Below, one piece after another: positions 40,801 to 52,196 of a stretch of DNA of 64,000 nt (within the stretch, counting starts at the first letter, position 1; each line of letters starts with the position of its first letter). The translations under genes were made by a program, and so were the position numbers. The notes beneath the pieces are model-generated. The model saw nothing but the letters and a program-made list of their open reading frames with translations, searched no databases and had not been told where the DNA came from. Source of the stretch: Anthoceros angustus (lineage: Eukaryota; Plantae; Anthocerotophyta); contig VJWM01000196.1 in assembly GCA_010909165.1 (NCBI GenBank), forward strand, positions 62,001-126,000, read 5' to 3'.

Positions 40801-42217
40801 TGATGGTACTTTCGACAGATATAAAGCTCGGCTTGTAGCACGAGGCTTTACACAAGTACCAGGGCTTGACTATTTTGAAACATACGCACCTGTTGTAAAG
40901 ATGGCCACCTTTCGTACCATATGTGCTATAGCAGCACACAAGGATTACGAGTGCAGATGTTCGATGTCAAGAGCTTTCTTACATGGAAAGCTTGACACGA
41001 GATCTACATGCGGCAGCCGCTGGATATGAGGTAAAAGGAAGAGGACCATGTCCTGCGACTCATAAAACCTTGTATGGCCTCAAACAGTCAGCACTAAAGT
41101 GGAATGAGGCTCTTGATGAAGAGCTCCTAGCTTTAGGCTTCGTCAAGTGTAAGGCCGATGGGAGCCTCTACGTATACAAAAAAGGGGACACAGTATGCTA
41201 TTTAGCAGTGTATGTAGATGACCTGATCATAGCCTGCAACAGTGGGGCATACATAACAAAGCTGAATCTGTTACTGGCAGAGAAATTTGAGATGTCCAAT
41301 TTAGGTCCTCTGCAGAGCTGCCTAGGTGTTCATATACAAAGGAACAGGGACAAGAGGGTGATAACCCTTACCCAGCCTAGGTACTTACTTGACAGTGCAG
41401 AACAGATGGGCTTAAAGGACGCGAAGCCTGCCTCTACCCCACTACCTACAGGGCTTAAGCTCAGTCGTGACATGAGCCCTGAGACACAACAAGAGAAGGA
41501 AGCTATGGTTAACATTCCATACAGAAGAGGAGTAGGTAAGTTGATCTATGCTTCTAATACAACGAGGCCCGACATCTCTTTTGCCACGAGTCATCCCAAA
41601 GATCTTGAGACCCTGTAAGGTGAGCATTGGCTTAAAAGGGTGTTCAGATACTTAAAGGGAACCTATGATGTGGGACTTAAATATGAATACAGCCCCGAAG
41701 CTCTAGACCTGGCAGTATACACAGACTCTGATTATGCTGGTGATGTTGACTCTAGAAGGTCAGTGTCAGGCTATGTTGTAAGCTTTGCCGGAGGGCCCAT
41801 ATGCTGGAGCAGCAAAAAGCAACCCACAGTAGCCACCTCGAGCACAGAGGCCGAGTATCGGGTTTTAACAGCAGCAGCTAAGGAAGTAATCTGGCTCAAA
41901 CTGCTGCTCAAGGAAATGGGACTGGACCTTCCTACATGCACAAGTGTAAAGACCGACAATCAGGGCTCTATGGCACTTGCTAAAAACCCAGTGTTTCATT
42001 CAAGGACCAAACATGTTGAAGTAGAGTACCATTTCATTCGTGAACAAGTGTCTGCAGGCAAGATAGTGCTGGAATATGTTCCCACAGCCGACAACCCTGC
42101 AGACATACTTACGAAAGCACTGGGGAGAGACCTGCACACAAGACACCTTAAAGGTCTTGGGTTAGGGAAGTCTGAAGACTTCGCAACCCACAAAGTCTGA
42201 AAAACAGATATCTATGC

Positions 42218-43244
42218 CTAGTAACCCCGGTGCCACGAGGCTGGAATAATTGCCGCCTCCCGAATCGAATCGGGGTCTTGGGGAGTTGCACTCACACCGC
42301 CCGAGCCATCAAGATCGCTCGCTCACGCTGGTGAAGCTCTCTTGACCCGTGGGCTATTACGTCTGCGTCTCTCTTCATATGAAATCCTCTCAGGGGAGAC
42401 GAGGCGCATTTCACGAAGTCTTATCTCGGACCACAGCAGATGGTAGCAGCGTTTTTATAAGCAGTGGGAGCAAGGCATGAACAGGATCACCGGATTGCGT
42501 ACACACACACACACGTAAACTCAAGGAAGGACGTGACACTATCGTAAAAGGCGACCATATGCCACGGAAACTCCTTGCGGGGTTGCACCTTAACGCTTCA
42601 TGAGGATGCCGAAACGGCATCCGCATCTACGGAGTGCCAGGATTGTGCATACTTCCTAAACCCACAATCTTGGTTTCCTCCAGATAGTCGTTCGTGTCCG
42701 GAAACAGCAAGGGTTTTGGAAGTTGGCTCTCAGATTTGGCATACTCATACTCAGGCTCCGAACGGGCGCCTATGGCAGGCCTTGAACTCGAAGCAGCATG
42801 CCAAGAAGGCCCTGGCATCTCAGTTGTAGCAGCTCTCCCGCGGCCTCGGGCAGTACCTCTGCCTCGGCCGCTGCCCCGGGGACGACCTCTCGGACGCTTA
42901 GCAGGCTGTTCCTCAGTTCCGCTTGTGTTCCTGACAGGTGTCCGAGCTGCCTTGGGTGCGAATCGCCCCTTGCTGTTACGCACATAGGTGCGCTGCTTGT
43001 TGGGCACTGCATCTTCAGAGGAAGACGACATCTTGAGCAGGAGGATCTCAAGCCTGAGCTGAACAATGAGAGAAAGGGCGTAAACGAGGCTTAAATAGCA
43101 GGCGCACCTCAGTACGAGGGGCTGCATGCTGGCTGCCTCCATAGCACTTCCAAGCGTGAGATGGAGCGTGAGATAGAGCGTAATGGATTGCAGAGTACGC
43201 AGACGTGAAGGCGCCGAAGCTGAAGAGACTGTCACAAGGAGCAT
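42218..43244 (-). CDS. Antisense 3' accessory ORF of Copia C, AT-hook/RG-rich (interrupted)
   Basis: KRPRGRPRGSGRGRG; EETKIVGLGSMHNPGTP is homologous to the Copia B antisense ORF. Confidence 0.65.
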
Positions 43245-45032
43245 GAGCTGAAGTTCTAGAAGACTGTCAACACTTAACCTGCTTCAACAAGTGGGAGTGA
43301 CGAAATAAAGGGTCGTTAGGGTGTTATCAGCATGTTAAGTAGTTAAATAATTAAGTTAAGTCAGCTCACCCTTTCGCTAGGGTTACGTCCCTTAGGCGAG
43401 CGATTCGACTTTTCAAGTTCTTAGTTTTAGTTTTGCTTTTCTGCATAAGCAAGTTACTTCTTTGTTAATAAATACGATGCAATTATATTAATTGATCCGC
43501 GTTATCCTAATACCGCGTCACTGCAGGCTGCATGTCCATATATATTGTCTGCAGGTTACAACATTGTCGAGGGTAGGGAGGGCGCATCGCTGCCATATGT
43601 GCAGCCATGGGGAACTGAATCGTGTGGGGCACTGCTGTGGGTTGTGCAGGAACTGCAGATGGCGAGGGACAATGCATATGCAAAGGGCTTGGAGGACATG
43701 GACTTCCTCCCGGACATGTATCGGCTGCACATGGCACTAACAACACTCTGCAGGGAGTGCATGAGTACACGGGACGCATTGCCCGAATACCTCCACCGGT
43801 GGACGGAGGCTGAAGCCACCCCGTGGGCGTGGACGGCCATCACCCTGCTGCGGGCTGTGGTGCACCAGGCGTGAGGGGCATGTGGCCCGACGGCGGCCCT
43901 TCCCGGTGAGCCGGGTGTAGGTTGTGCAGCCAGCGCTCACCATGACCTGGGAGCACTGACAATGTGGATTTCTTTGTTCTGTCCTTTTGAGACGTGAGCC
44001 CAGTGGTGGCTTTGTTGTGGTCGAATGTAAAGGCTGCTTGTGTGAAGATGTTGTGCGCTATCGCGCGAGGCCTGTATGGCTGGCAACTGCAATCGCACGA
44101 CGCCTGGATGGCTGCGATAGCCAGGCGCGTGAGGCGTACATGGCGCCTCCAGGCTATCAGCCACAAGGGCCTGTATGGCTGCGAAAGGCAGTGGCGCTCC
44201 GCGCAGATGGCTCCTCACGCTACACACCATAAAGGCTGGTGGCCGGTTTCCTTATGGCAGCGGCGAGATGGGGCCATGCGAATGGATGTGCGATGGCCCA
44301 TGCCCTGACAACCCTAAAAAAGAAAACCTTGTGTGTCACAACCAAAAAAGATTCTTCACACACACACGATAGGCTTAGTGACGAGATCGGGACACGAGGG
44401 GCAGGCGGCCACGGCCGATGTCGTCAAGTGTGTGACACCAGAAGTTTTACGGTGGGAAAACTTCTTTTGTCACCATCGAAAAAAGCCCTAAAGGGCTTCC
44501 TGACGAGATCGGTATTCCATAGAATGTCATGTTGCATTTATTAGGGTATTTCCGGGAGGGCGTGGGCCAGGGCCCGTCTTGTTTGCAGTGCTATACAAGA
44601 AAAGGTCCTGCAACACCTGCTAATGGGACAATTCTGTTCACTACAGAAGTAGGAGTTGCAGGGTTTCTTCCGCAGGCACCTGCAAAGTGGCAGCTCTGCA
44701 TATGAGAGGGCATTTACATTCCCAGAATCAAGAGCTGAGGTTTTTGTAGCCGCGTCGTGATAAACATGTCGGGAAAGTCCGAAAGCATTGTTGAGGTGCT
44801 TTATGAATAGATAGTGTGCCGAGGCGCAGCTGCACCAGCTACAGGATCCTACTTCCGGCACAAAAGAAAAACAAAAATACTTTTTGTGACGAGATCGGTA
44901 CGCCATACTAAAGTAAAGCTTCACACTTCGGTTCGGTCTTCAAGCCGTTTGCTGCCGAGGAGACTTCTACATGCGGCCATCGAGACGTTTTGTTTCCCGT
45001 GGTTTCCTTGTTCCTGTGTTGCTTCCGCAGCT

Positions 45033-46568
45033 ATGGCGGACGAGGCAAGAATGGACGTGGATGCCAGCCCGGTCGGGGCCACCGATGGAGACGACGTTGT
45101 CGGGCAGGCAGTCGCAGCGGCACTCTCTGTGGACGATGCTGGCCTCGAATACGAGGTCTCAGAGCACAGCAAGAAGGCCAAGGAGAAGCAAGAGCAGCTG
45201 GTGCAGCAGCTGCTTATGCGCCGGAGGGCCACGGCTCTGGCTGTTCCCACCAACGATGGAGCCGTTCGTGCTAGGCTGCGCAGTCTGCAGCAGCCTGTCA
45301 CCTTGTTTGGGGAGCGGGAGATGGAGAGGAGAGACAGGTTGCGGGCCGTCATGTCCAGATTGGATGCGGATGGTGAGCTGGATAAGCTGGTGCAGGCGCA
45401 GGAAGCGTCTGGGGAAGCACTGGCCGCTGCAGCAGATGATACCGGCGAGGAGGACGATATGGAGGCCGAGGCCACGCCACTGCAGCTGTTTTACACGGAA
45501 GGGAGCTCTGATTTGCTGAGGTCACGCAAGGACATTTTGAAGTTTTCTCTTCCTAGGGCTAGTGACAGGATTTCTCGGCAGAAGAGGAAGAGGGAGGTTC
45601 CTGATGAGGATGAGGGCAGGGAGCTGGAGAAGGTGTTGAAAGCCATGGCAGAAACGGGTATGGATTGCAGTGAGATTGGGGATGACAGGCCATTGTCAGG
45701 GTGTTCCTTCTCTCCAGACGCGTCTTTGCTGGCAACTAGTGGATGGAGTGGGGTGACCAAGGTGTGGAGCATACCTAGCGTACAGAAGACTCTCACATTG
45801 AAAGGTCACACCGAACGGGTCACCGGTGTGGCTTTCAACCCGCAGTCAGGGCGAACGCTGGGTCCTACTGGAGGCAATATTGCCACTGCTTCCGCTGATC
45901 ACACAGCCATCCTGTGGAGTTTGGAGGGCGAAAAACTTAGGGTTTTTGAAGGTCATCTGGATAGGCTTGGCCGAATTGCCTTTCATCCCTCGGGTGCCTA
46001 TCTTGGCACAGCCAGCTTCGACAAGACCTGGAGACTGTGGGATGTGAGCACTGGGGTGGAGTTGCTGTTGCAGGAGGGGCATAGCAGAAGTGTATATGGC
46101 ATAGCTTTTCACGGTGATGGCTCGCTGGCAGCCTCTTGTGGACTGGACGCTCTGGCTCGCGTGTGGGACCTGCGGACGGGCAGGAGTATCTTGGCTCTGG
46201 AAGGTCATGTCAAGCCTGTGTTGAGTGTGGATTTTTCACCCAATGGCTATCATCTTGCCACCGCTGGCGAGGACCATACGTGCAGGGTTTGGGATTTGAG
46301 GAAAAGACAGTGCTTGTACGTCATCCCTGCACATTCTTCGCTCATTTCTCAGGTGAAGTATGAACCTTTCGAAGGTTATTTCTTGGTGACGGCCTCGTAT
46401 GACAATACTGCGAAGATATGGTCAGCACGGGATTTCAAGCCGGTGAGAATGTTAGCGGGCCATGAGGGGAAGATTATGGGGGTGGATGTGACCGCAGATG
46501 GCCAGCACATTGCAACTGTTTCTTACGACCGGACCATCAAGTTATGGGCTCACGCAAATGTCATCTGA
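45033..46568 (+). CDS. PRP4: U4/U6 snRNP protein PRP4 (WD40; LACHESIS-like), intronless CDS
   Basis: PRP4/SFM motif AVPTNDGAVRARLRSLQQPVTLFGEREMERRDRLR, FYTEGS, and multiple WD40 repeats (LGTASFDKTWRLWD, LLQEGHSR). Confidence 0.95.
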   Translation: MADEARMDVDASPVGATDGDDVVGQAVAAALSVDDAGLEYEVSEHSKKAKEKQEQLVQQLLMRRRATALAVPTNDGAVRARLRSLQQPVTLFGEREMERRDRLRAVMSRLDADGELDKLVQAQEASGEALAAAADDTGEEDDMEAEATPLQLFYTEGSSDLLRSRKDILKFSLPRASDRISRQKRKREVPDEDEGRELEKVLKAMAETGMDCSEIGDDRPLSGCSFSPDASLLATSGWSGVTKVWSIPSVQKTLTLKGHTERVTGVAFNPQSGRTLGPTGGNIATASADHTAILWSLEGEKLRVFEGHLDRLGRIAFHPSGAYLGTASFDKTWRLWDVSTGVELLLQEGHSRSVYGIAFHGDGSLAASCGLDALARVWDLRTGRSILALEGHVKPVLSVDFSPNGYHLATAGEDHTCRVWDLRKRQCLYVIPAHSSLISQVKYEPFEGYFLVTASYDNTAKIWSARDFKPVRMLAGHEGKIMGVDVTADGQHIATVSYDRTIKLWAHANVI

Positions 46569-48060
46569 AAACGGACTTGTGAAGCTTGATATCTAAGCGG
46601 CTGTTGCTGTGCAACTTCATAAGCAAATACTATTGAGACGACTGCCTTTTTGTTCAGTTCAAGGGTGTTAGAGCGCAATGCTGGAGTATTTGCGGTGATG
46701 GAGAGCCTGTGATGTTGATCGCCTGTGCAGATGATGCGCTCCAGTTCTCCCGATGCTTCAGAGTGACAGTGGGAGAGGCACCGAGATGTTTTGCGAATGA
46801 GGATCAGGCATTGCCGAAACCCTTGAGGGCCCCTGGGATGCGGTATTCTAGCACACTCAATTTTGATAGAGAGACTGGAAAGGTTGCTGCTATTAGCCAT
46901 CAGGTGCAAGCATGTCAAGATGTGAATCTGGCCGACATTGTGGCATGGCAGAGGCTGATGGGTTGGCTGTCATGTGTATGTGGTCGGACATCCCAGCAGG
47001 GAGTAATGTTGCAGACAATGCTCTGAGTGAGCACGCGTTTCAGGCCTTTGCCTCCGTCTCAAGACACAGTAGTCTCTGCTGGATATTTGTTTCCTCAAGA
47101 GTACAATCCCTGAGCTCTCTGGCAAGGCCAACTATGGATTTACAAGAATCGAGACGGTTCACGTGGCGGGTGATGCTGGGCGATGCCGTTGAGGTGGTAT
47201 GGCGCTGCGGAAGATCAAAATTCCTCAGGTGGAGGCATAACTTGGTGACTTGATTGCACACTGGTGTGATAGCCATCTCTGAAACTGTCCTCCAAAGCCC
47301 TTACTGTACTCGCACCAGGATCCGGAGCAGGATGACACTGTTTTGGTCTTACGCTACGCACACATGACTCGTCTTCAACATGAAACATGCAGTAGTTTCC
47401 GAGGTGCATTGCACACGGGCAGGAACACACAGACATCAGCCCATTTCTCACCACACGAATAGGGTATCATGGGGGCCCTCAATGAAGCGTTTGTCAGGCC
47501 CTTCAATTTAGGAGGCAGCTGGAGCACTATGCTCTGATATACACCAAGACAGCGTGAACAATTTAAGGAATTCGGACCGAATTTACCGTGGAGCGGGGAG
47601 GGGAGAGGAGGGGGCGGCATGGCCGCCCCACCGAGTAACTGTATGTTTCTTAACTCTCCAGCGAGGAAGGACTGGATACGTGGAACGTTGGCAATATTCC
47701 GATAGCTGCTGGCGATGAGTGAGGATGCTGCCCTTGAATCTCTTCTTGAGGACCTCAAGCCTCGAGGTTCCTGTGCATGAACATGTCCGTATCTTGATGT
47801 TCCGAGAATCAGTCCACTACCTAGAAGAAGAAATTAGTTACGATGCTTCCTCGCGATTCCTTGCCCTCCCGACAAAACGAAGGAATCAGACATTAGTGTA
47901 GTCTCTGGGGACGGTAGGAAAGCAAGACTGGTCCTTTACATAAATCAGACTGCCAACCGTCCTCCTCGTTGGCATTGCCCGAAAGTTGATCGATGCATGT
48001 GCAGGAGGCATGCCTTGATTGGATATTAGTGTTGCAGCCGGCCACCATATTCTCAAAGCC

Positions 48061-50253
48061 ATGGGATGGGAGGAGGCACTTTGGGCTCTGATCGCCATCC
48101 TTGTGTTCGGCTCGGTAGGGACATATGTGCTCCGATTCAACGTACGCCAGCTTCGGAGCCAAGCAAAAGGCAGGTTGAAGGATCTGCCTCCCGGCTCAAC
48201 GGGATGGCCAATACTTGGAGAGTCTTTAGAGTACAACAAGGCCTTCAAGACAGATAACCCTTTCATTTTCTACAAGGAGCGCTGCATCAAGTCAGCCATG
48301 ACCATCCTAGCGCCCTGTTTCTTCTCTGCTGGCTCACAATTGCAAAGCAACTGACTGGAAAACGTTTGATTTCTCTGTAGGTGGGGAGAGATTTTTTTGA
48401 CGCACATCTTTGGATCTCCGCTCGTTAGCATCATTTCTCCAGAGCTTGTGAAACAGGTGCTTTCCCAAGAGCATTCTCTCTTCGGGGCCAGCTATCCGAG
48501 CTACACCAAGCGATTGCTGGGCCCTTATTCCCTGATCCACCTGCAAGGGGATACCCACAAGCGTATGCGGCGCCTAATGCAGCCCTTCCTCCAGCCAGAC
48601 AAGCTGAAAGGCTTCATGGATACAATTGAGAGCTTGATCAAGACCAACCTGGAACGGTGTGAGCAGAAGGGCGATTTCTTAGTATGTGACTTGTGCAGGC
48701 AGGTAGTATGATTCATAAAGTTGTGAAAATCACTGGAGTCCAATTCCTCTGCGATCATAGCATCCGGATCTGGACTCCAGGCATGCACGGATGACCTAAA
48801 CATTGTTGCACATCCTTGCAGACTGCTTTTGACATCATCAACAAGATGATGATGAGCCGGGACAGGGGACCCGAGTCGGCAGAAATGTTGGAAGACTTCG
48901 ATATTTGGAGGTTGGGCATGAAGAGATTCCCCGTCAATTTGCCTGGTTCTGCCTTCAGTGCCGCCCTAAAGGTAGCACTATCTAGTCCATCCTGCTTCAA
49001 GCTTCACTCCACATTCTTGTCAAGAATGTTTTGTGGAATTCCTGCTAACTCTGGGCCTGCAGGCCAGAGCAAGAATTGGGACTGCAATTGAAAAGCTCTG
49101 TGCGGACAGGACACGAAACGGTAAGGTGGGAGAACATGGGGACTTGGTGGACACACTTTTGACAGAACACAAGGAAGTAGGAGGGCCACCTTTGAGTAGC
49201 CAGCAAGTGGCGGATTTGGTCTTCGTAACTCTCATAGCAGGCCTGGACACTTCAGCTACTACCATGAGTTTCTGCATGATGTTCCTCTTGCAGTACCCTG
49301 AGGTTCTTGACGAACTTCGGGTACGTTAATTTATTTTCATCCATCCTCCTTTCTCCTCTCAATCTCTGATACCAGTTGGGGGCTCTGCACCTTGAATGCT
49401 GAAATGGGTGGAGTCGTGTATGCACAGAGAGAGCATCACGATTTGAGACAGAAGGTTGGGGCTAGTACTCCCCTGAGCTGGCATGACTTCAAAAGCTTAC
49501 AATACACACAAAAGGTATCCTCTGTCCCAAATCCTACATTCAGCGCAAAGCCCTGGAGCTTCATGCATGGGCTCTACCAGTAATGGTTGAAGTGACATCC
49601 AGTGGTTTGGTTTCAGGTTATTGACGAAACACTGCGACTTTCGAATCCTGCTCCATCCGTGTTCCGGGCGCCTCTCACGGACACCAAGCTTCAAGGCAGG
49701 TCAAAGGAATATCTCTCTGGAAGGTGAATGTGAAGTAACTGAAACTTATGGTAGTGTTTGTTGTCCGCAGGTTATTTGATTCCCGCTGGAACGAGGATGC
49801 AATTGTCGATTTTGGGGATGCACAGCAATCCAGACAACTACAAAGACCCACATAAATTTGACCCAAATCGGTGGCAGGTGATCCCCCTGGTCATTGCCTT
49901 CAGGAAAGTCCTCTTTTCACGGTTCAACATCTGATCCTTTGCCTTTTCGAACAGGCGCAGAGGCAGCTCGGGGCCGGTGTGATCTTTCTACCCTTTGGAT
50001 ACGGAGCTCGATCTTGCATGGGAATGGACCTGGCCCGGATGGAAATTGCGTTGTTTCTTCACCACCTTGTTTCAAACTACAAGTAAGCTCTGCTATCAAC
50101 CTGAAGATTCCCGACTTCATCAATGCCCTGCGCTAATTCTTTCCATGCCCATGCGTATACAGGTGGCAAGAAACAGCTCTTTTCTCTGTCTCACACTTCC
50201 CCCTTCCCAGATTCACTGATGGATTTCCGGCACGTCTGACTCGCCTGGACTGA
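48061..50253 (+). CDS. Cytochrome P450, CYP85-clan-like; exons 48061-48290, 48381-48702, 48822-48971, 49063-49320, 49428-49514, 49617-49695, 49771-49877, 49955-50082, 50163-50253
   Basis: TM anchor, LPPGSTGWPILGES, AGLDTS I-helix, ETLR, FDPNRW, heme motif PFGYGARSCMG. Confidence 0.9.
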
Positions 50254-52196
50254 ACCTTTAAGAAAAGAAAAGAACCCTAAATTTGACTAGGGCTCACTTC
50301 AAGAAAAAAAGACCCTCGGCAATCTGCGGTTAAAAGGTTGGTTAAATTTAATGCTATAATCTATTGTGGATAAACTCGCCTTATATAAATGTCTTACATA
50401 TTAAATTTTATAATATAATTGAAACCTATTTATTTATTTAAAAGTTTACATGCTGCGATGGCTTGCACAATGGGAACATTGACATGTACTTTTTGAGATT
50501 GTACTTTTTTTTTCAAATAATAAACGATGTTTAGATAAATCTCAAATGTTACATCAAGGAAAAAATAGCCTTCATAAAATGGTCCTAATAAATATTGAAA
50601 TAAAATTATATATAATATTATTTTAATAGTCAAAATAAATTAGATTGTTTTGACATGTAAGATTCAATATGAGATATCTTATAATTGTTTCTACTAAAGG
50701 AGAACATATAGGGTGAGCGCATCTAGCTTTGAAAAAGGAATGACATAAAATTGCCTATCAATATGTTAGCATTGCCAACAAGAAGGCTCCTCGCGCAATT
50801 CATTCCTGTTCTACAACCTGTCAATGCATCACTAAATATCTGGGATTTGTCATGGAATGCAACATTACACTTGTAGGCTGGGCCAAGCCTTAGAATTGGT
50901 GACACAAAAAAATATTGTAATATGATAGATATAAGATATGATGAACAAAGGCTCAAGGAGGTTCACCTCAAGCTCTGAATAGCCAGCAGGTTCCCAATTG
51001 GGTCTACATAGTACTCAACATCATAACCTAATATAGGCCGAAAAAAGTTGAAAATCTTTGCTCATATGAGATGAAAAACTCCGTAGAAGTTTACCTCAAA
51101 TAAACTTGTGAGATTTTGAAGAAATAACTTTGAGATTTTAGGGTAATTAACCCCATAACGACGAATCTACTCAAAACAAGTCTTTGATAGTACATATCAC
51201 TCCATACATTTTATTTTACCCATATTTTGAACTTACCAACCTTGAGCATATATTCCAATGACTAGTCCTTCAATATCATGTTTTGAAAAAAAATGGAAAA
51301 AATACCTCAAAATGCCACCTCTACCTCGCACAGATTCCCATGAATGTTTTTAACCTATGCTAGTAGTTTATGCATGGTTAACTGTAACCGAGCGGTCCCC
51401 TACCTCACTCCATCTCGGCCATTGTGGCACGTAGGCTGCAATTTTGTGTGCATTTCACATAAGTGCACATGTGGAACGTCATTTTCATGTAACCACGGTT
51501 GGGGCCTTTGCAAGGTTCTTGGCCTCTGTGAAAATTCTTTGGCAATTAAACATGACTTTTTAACTCCATTTTTTTGCACACGCTTAGAGGACAGTGTTGG
51601 GTGCCTATGAAAATGCTTGCTCGAAGCGTGGACTGTAGCATCCTAAATAGCATATTCCACCTGAAACCCAGGAAACAAGGCTTTGGGAAAATTACATGGA
51701 TTTTGGTGCAAGAATGTACACACATCAAAATCGTGATTGGCATATATCATTTTAAAAGGAATAGCAGGTTTGTAATTATAGTGTTGGCAGACAAATGTAA
51801 ATGAATATTTGAGCAGAAAAATTGTAGAAAAACCCCTCGTCATTTTGGTTAAGATCTTTATGTAATATACACTTCAACATGCCCCCATCTATACCAAACC
51901 TTGGAAGCCATCTTGAAGGTCCTCTTCGTGCAAGGATATGCTTCGTAGCTTTAACGACTTAGGTCCTGTTTAGAAGAAAAGCCCCAAAGACATTGTGAGT
52001 TAGAAAACTATCCTCAAGCTAGGCCTCATATTCTAGTGTGGCCCGTAAGAAGGGTAGAAAAGCGAGACTGGTCTTCACATAAGACTTGCAACCCATCCTC
52101 CTCATTGGCAATTCATGAAAGCTAATTGATGCATGTGTATGAGGCATGCCTTGATTACATCTCAGTCTTGCAGCAAGCCACCATATCCTCAAAGCC

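Larger units (their letters stand above)
36548..43520 (+). mobile_element. Full-length Ty1/Copia element C, ~224-bp LTRs, TSD CTGCA
   Basis: LTRs 36548-36771 and 43298-43520 (TG..CA); PBS TGGTATCAGAGC at 36772; gag from 37926 with CNWCKIPGHWERDC; integrase/RT 39206-41618; RNase H to 42200; TSD at 36543-36547 and 43521-43525. Confidence 0.96.
32200..44907 (+). mobile_element. IS3/IS481-type (IS3EU-like) DDE DNA transposon with a spliced transposase; left boundary uncertain
   Basis: The spliced product reads WHMD-SYDKMYQFYFRVHGAIDG..FGHPQRIRSDYAAEHN..SMHKQ-RIEHFWRSL..LDITNPWHIHSLHVTFMP..WNRHRVR; introns 35672-35790 and 36057-36136; repeated TGACGAGATCGG motifs near the right end. Confidence 0.7.

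Noticed and set aside
44814-45032. 73-aa N-terminal extension of PRP4 in the ORF track
   Set aside because: Starts at a non-ATG codon; the first well-placed ATG with PRP4-like sequence is 45033, preceded by a splice acceptor.
49363-49373. Reverse-strand PBS-like CTCTGATACCA
   Set aside because: Isolated within a short P450 intron with no LTR nearby; chance match.
49515-49616. U12 intron in the P450 (donor GTATCCTCT)
   Set aside because: No TCCTTAAC-like branch site near the acceptor; more likely U2-type.
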